From positions 2,432,001 through 2,496,000 of the forward strand of contig OY761159.2 in the NCBI GenBank assembly GCA_963664395.2: DNA of 64,000 bases. The letters run 5' to 3'. Below, one piece after another: positions 62,412 through 64,000 of this stretch (position 1 is the stretch's first letter; each line of letters starts with the position of its first letter). The stretch is from Candidatus Binatia bacterium. GTDB lineage: Bacteria > Desulfobacterota > Binatia > Bin18. A program made the translations under genes and the position numbers. The notes under the pieces are model-generated. The model was not told the origin of the DNA. It saw nothing but the letters and a program-made list of their open reading frames with translations, and did not search any database.

Positions 62412-62813
62412 CCGGTGTCCGAATTTGCCGGCGCCAGCTAACACGGTTCCGGGCGGAAGGCCTACAACGAGGAACGGCTTGCGAGCGGGAATCACGGCAT
62501 CAGGCAGATGCTTATGCTGTGGAAAACTCGACAGTCCAGGAAAGTGAGGCGTACTGTCATAACGAAAAATCAAACGGTTGTGTCCATCCTGACAGTGATA
62601 GCGATAATCGAGCGGAACGAGAGTATTTCCTTCGACTACGACGGCTTCATTAATTTCTAACAAATGCCCTTGCTCGAAGCGAAGACGCATCCGTAGATTG
62701 ACCCGCTCCGATGTCACAATCTCCTCAATATAGCGTTCAACGTAAGCATTGCCGCACTAGAGAATCGTCCTCTCAATCTTCTCCAGATAATCGGCGAGAG
62801 CTTCATGCAACAT
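62409..62813 (-). pseudogene. DUF6516/TumE-like toxin with in-frame TAG at 62757-62759
   Basis: MLHEALADYLEKIERTIL*CGNAYVERY...YRYHCQD...IFRYD.TPH...FP.HKH. Confidence 0.7.
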
Positions 62814-63036
62814 CGTGCAGGCTTTTCTCTAATTTCCGACGAAGTGCCAAATAATGGCGGTAATCATTCGCCCACTCCACAAACACAGCGTCATCCGACA
62901 GTTTGCCCCGGCTGTACCGATCAAAGAACTCCTCCGAGTCCATCTGCTGCTGGCTCTCATAAGTGCTCAGCCGTTTCGTCACTACTACCAATGCGTCAAG
63001 GGGTGAGGTGTATTCGATTGTTTGTTTCCGCATCAT
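62803..63036 (-). CDS. Putative antitoxin (TumA-like)
   Basis: RLSTYE...MDSEEFFDRY..GKL.DD..FVEWA..Y; overlaps the toxin start. Confidence 0.68.
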   Translation of the reverse strand: MMRKQTIEYTSPLDALVVVTKRLSTYESQQQMDSEEFFDRYSRGKLSDDAVFVEWANDYRHYLALRRKLEKSLHDVA

Positions 63037-63092
63037 TTCACCCGATATCCCCATCCCCTCTTGGGAGGGGTGCCGAAGGCGGGGTGGGTTCT

Positions 63093-64000
63093 CTACGGCC
63101 CAGCACACAGCCCGGCCCGCGTCAGCCGTACTAACGTCTCCGTAATCAGACGCACCGCTTCTTCAAGGTCTGCGTCGGTCGTGCCAAAGCCGAGGCTGAA
63201 GCGGATTGAGGATTCCGCCTCCTCACCACTCAACCCGATAGCCCTCAGAACATGCGACGGCTCAGGGATACCCGAGGTGCAGGCAGAACCAGTCGAGGCC
63301 GCGAGGTGCGGCTGTAAAGCGCCGAGGATGTCATACGCCGAGAAATCGGTGAACCGGATATTTGCATTGCCGGGATGACGGGCCTGCCCTTGAGGGCCAT
63401 TCAAGGCTATCGGCCACGACAGACGGTTGAGCATGTCAACAAACGTATCGCGACGCCGGCATAACTGCGCCCGCTTCTCTTCCGCATCAGCAGCGGCAAA
63501 GATATCTGCCGCTGCACCCATCCCGACACAGAGCGGAACCGGGACCGTGCCCGAACGCAGCCCGTTCTGCTGCCCGCCACCATAGATCAACGGTTCGATT
63601 TGATCCTGAAATTCGCGTGAAATATAGATGGCTCCAATGCCTTTCGGGCCGTACATCTTGTGCGCCGAAAGGCTCAGCATATCGGCGTGGCTCGCCATTG
63701 ATCCCATATTCATGGCAAGGGGTGCCTGCGCTGCATCGCAATGAAAAACGGCTCCGTAACTTCTCACCAACTCGGATATTTGACCAATGTCTTGAATCGT
63801 CCCGATTTCGTTATTAACCGCCATAATCGATACGGCGAGAACATCATCGTTCAACGCTTCTTCCAGAGCCGCCATTTCCACAAAGCCCTCGGCGTCAACC
63901 GGGATCAGTTCCACCGCGAAACCGAACTGCTCTTGTAAAACTCTGGCAGCAGCCAGCACGCATTTGTGTTCGATAGTGCTAACCAGAATGCGGCGGCGCT
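63093..64000 (-). CDS. Cysteine desulfurase (IscS/DndA family), 5' end outside window
   Basis: IEHKC, VNNEIGTIQ, HCDAAQA, SAHKMYGPKGIG, RSGT, STGSACTSG...SHVL, IRFSLG. Confidence 0.92.
   Translation of the reverse strand, partial: RRRILVSTIEHKCVLAAARVLQEQFGFAVELIPVDAEGFVEMAALEEALNDDVLAVSIMAVNNEIGTIQDIGQISELVRSYGAVFHCDAAQAPLAMNMGSMASHADMLSLSAHKMYGPKGIGAIYISREFQDQIEPLIYGGGQQNGLRSGTVPVPLCVGMGAAADIFAAADAEEKRAQLCRRRDTFVDMLNRLSWPIALNGPQGQARHPGNANIRFTDFSAYDILGALQPHLAASTGSACTSGIPEPSHVLRAIGLSGEEAESSIRFSLGFGTTDADLEEAVRLITETLVRLTRAGLCAGP

Noticed and set aside
62757-62759. In-frame TAG as pyrrolysine
   Set aside because: Non-catalytic position in a toxin and no pyl context; a nonsense mutation is more likely

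Overview
Bacterial window of moderately high GC. Its core is a ~40 kb nitrogen-assimilation region (12.6-52.5 kb). That region holds nirA, narK, a NasA/NarB-type Mo nitrate reductase with 4Fe-4S, Rieske and NarI-like membrane partners, nirBD, two convergent circularly-permuted ATP-grasp/alpha-E/transglutaminase/Anbu operons, a PPi-type PFK, two porins, an antiporter-PTS EIIA fusion, an NtrBC-like pair, amtB-PII and glnE. Five well-spaced sigma54 promoters and two classes of candidate enhancer sites tie it together. The flanks carry a decayed MTase/McrBC defence locus, housekeeping genes (thrC, ubiE/menG-like, rpe, glpK, S1 protein, cysteine desulfurase), several toxin-antitoxin pairs and a Fic gene. 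Best candidates for undescribed biology: (i) a ~325-nt highly structured minus-strand RNA at 7.41-7.73 kb; (ii) a sigma54-driven ~130-nt RNA with anti-Shine-Dalgarno loops at 40.14-40.27 kb; (iii) a putative membrane-linked nitrate reductase complex; (iv) the nitrogen-controlled ATP-grasp peptide-ligase system; (v) a ~130-aa unnamed domain shared by two secreted proteins; (vi) two integrase-less cassettes flanked by ~71-bp direct repeats; (vii) an unannotated UGA/SECIS selenoprotein. Many genes carry frameshifts, nonsense codons or internal deletions. Some +1 homopolymer slips may be sequencing artefacts; the large deletions look like real erosion. Gene content is reminiscent of host-associated (e.g. 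sponge) deltaproteobacteria-like lineages, but that is low-confidence inference. No rRNA, tRNA, CRISPR array or transposase was recognised. All family calls come from motif recognition by eye; no searches were run.
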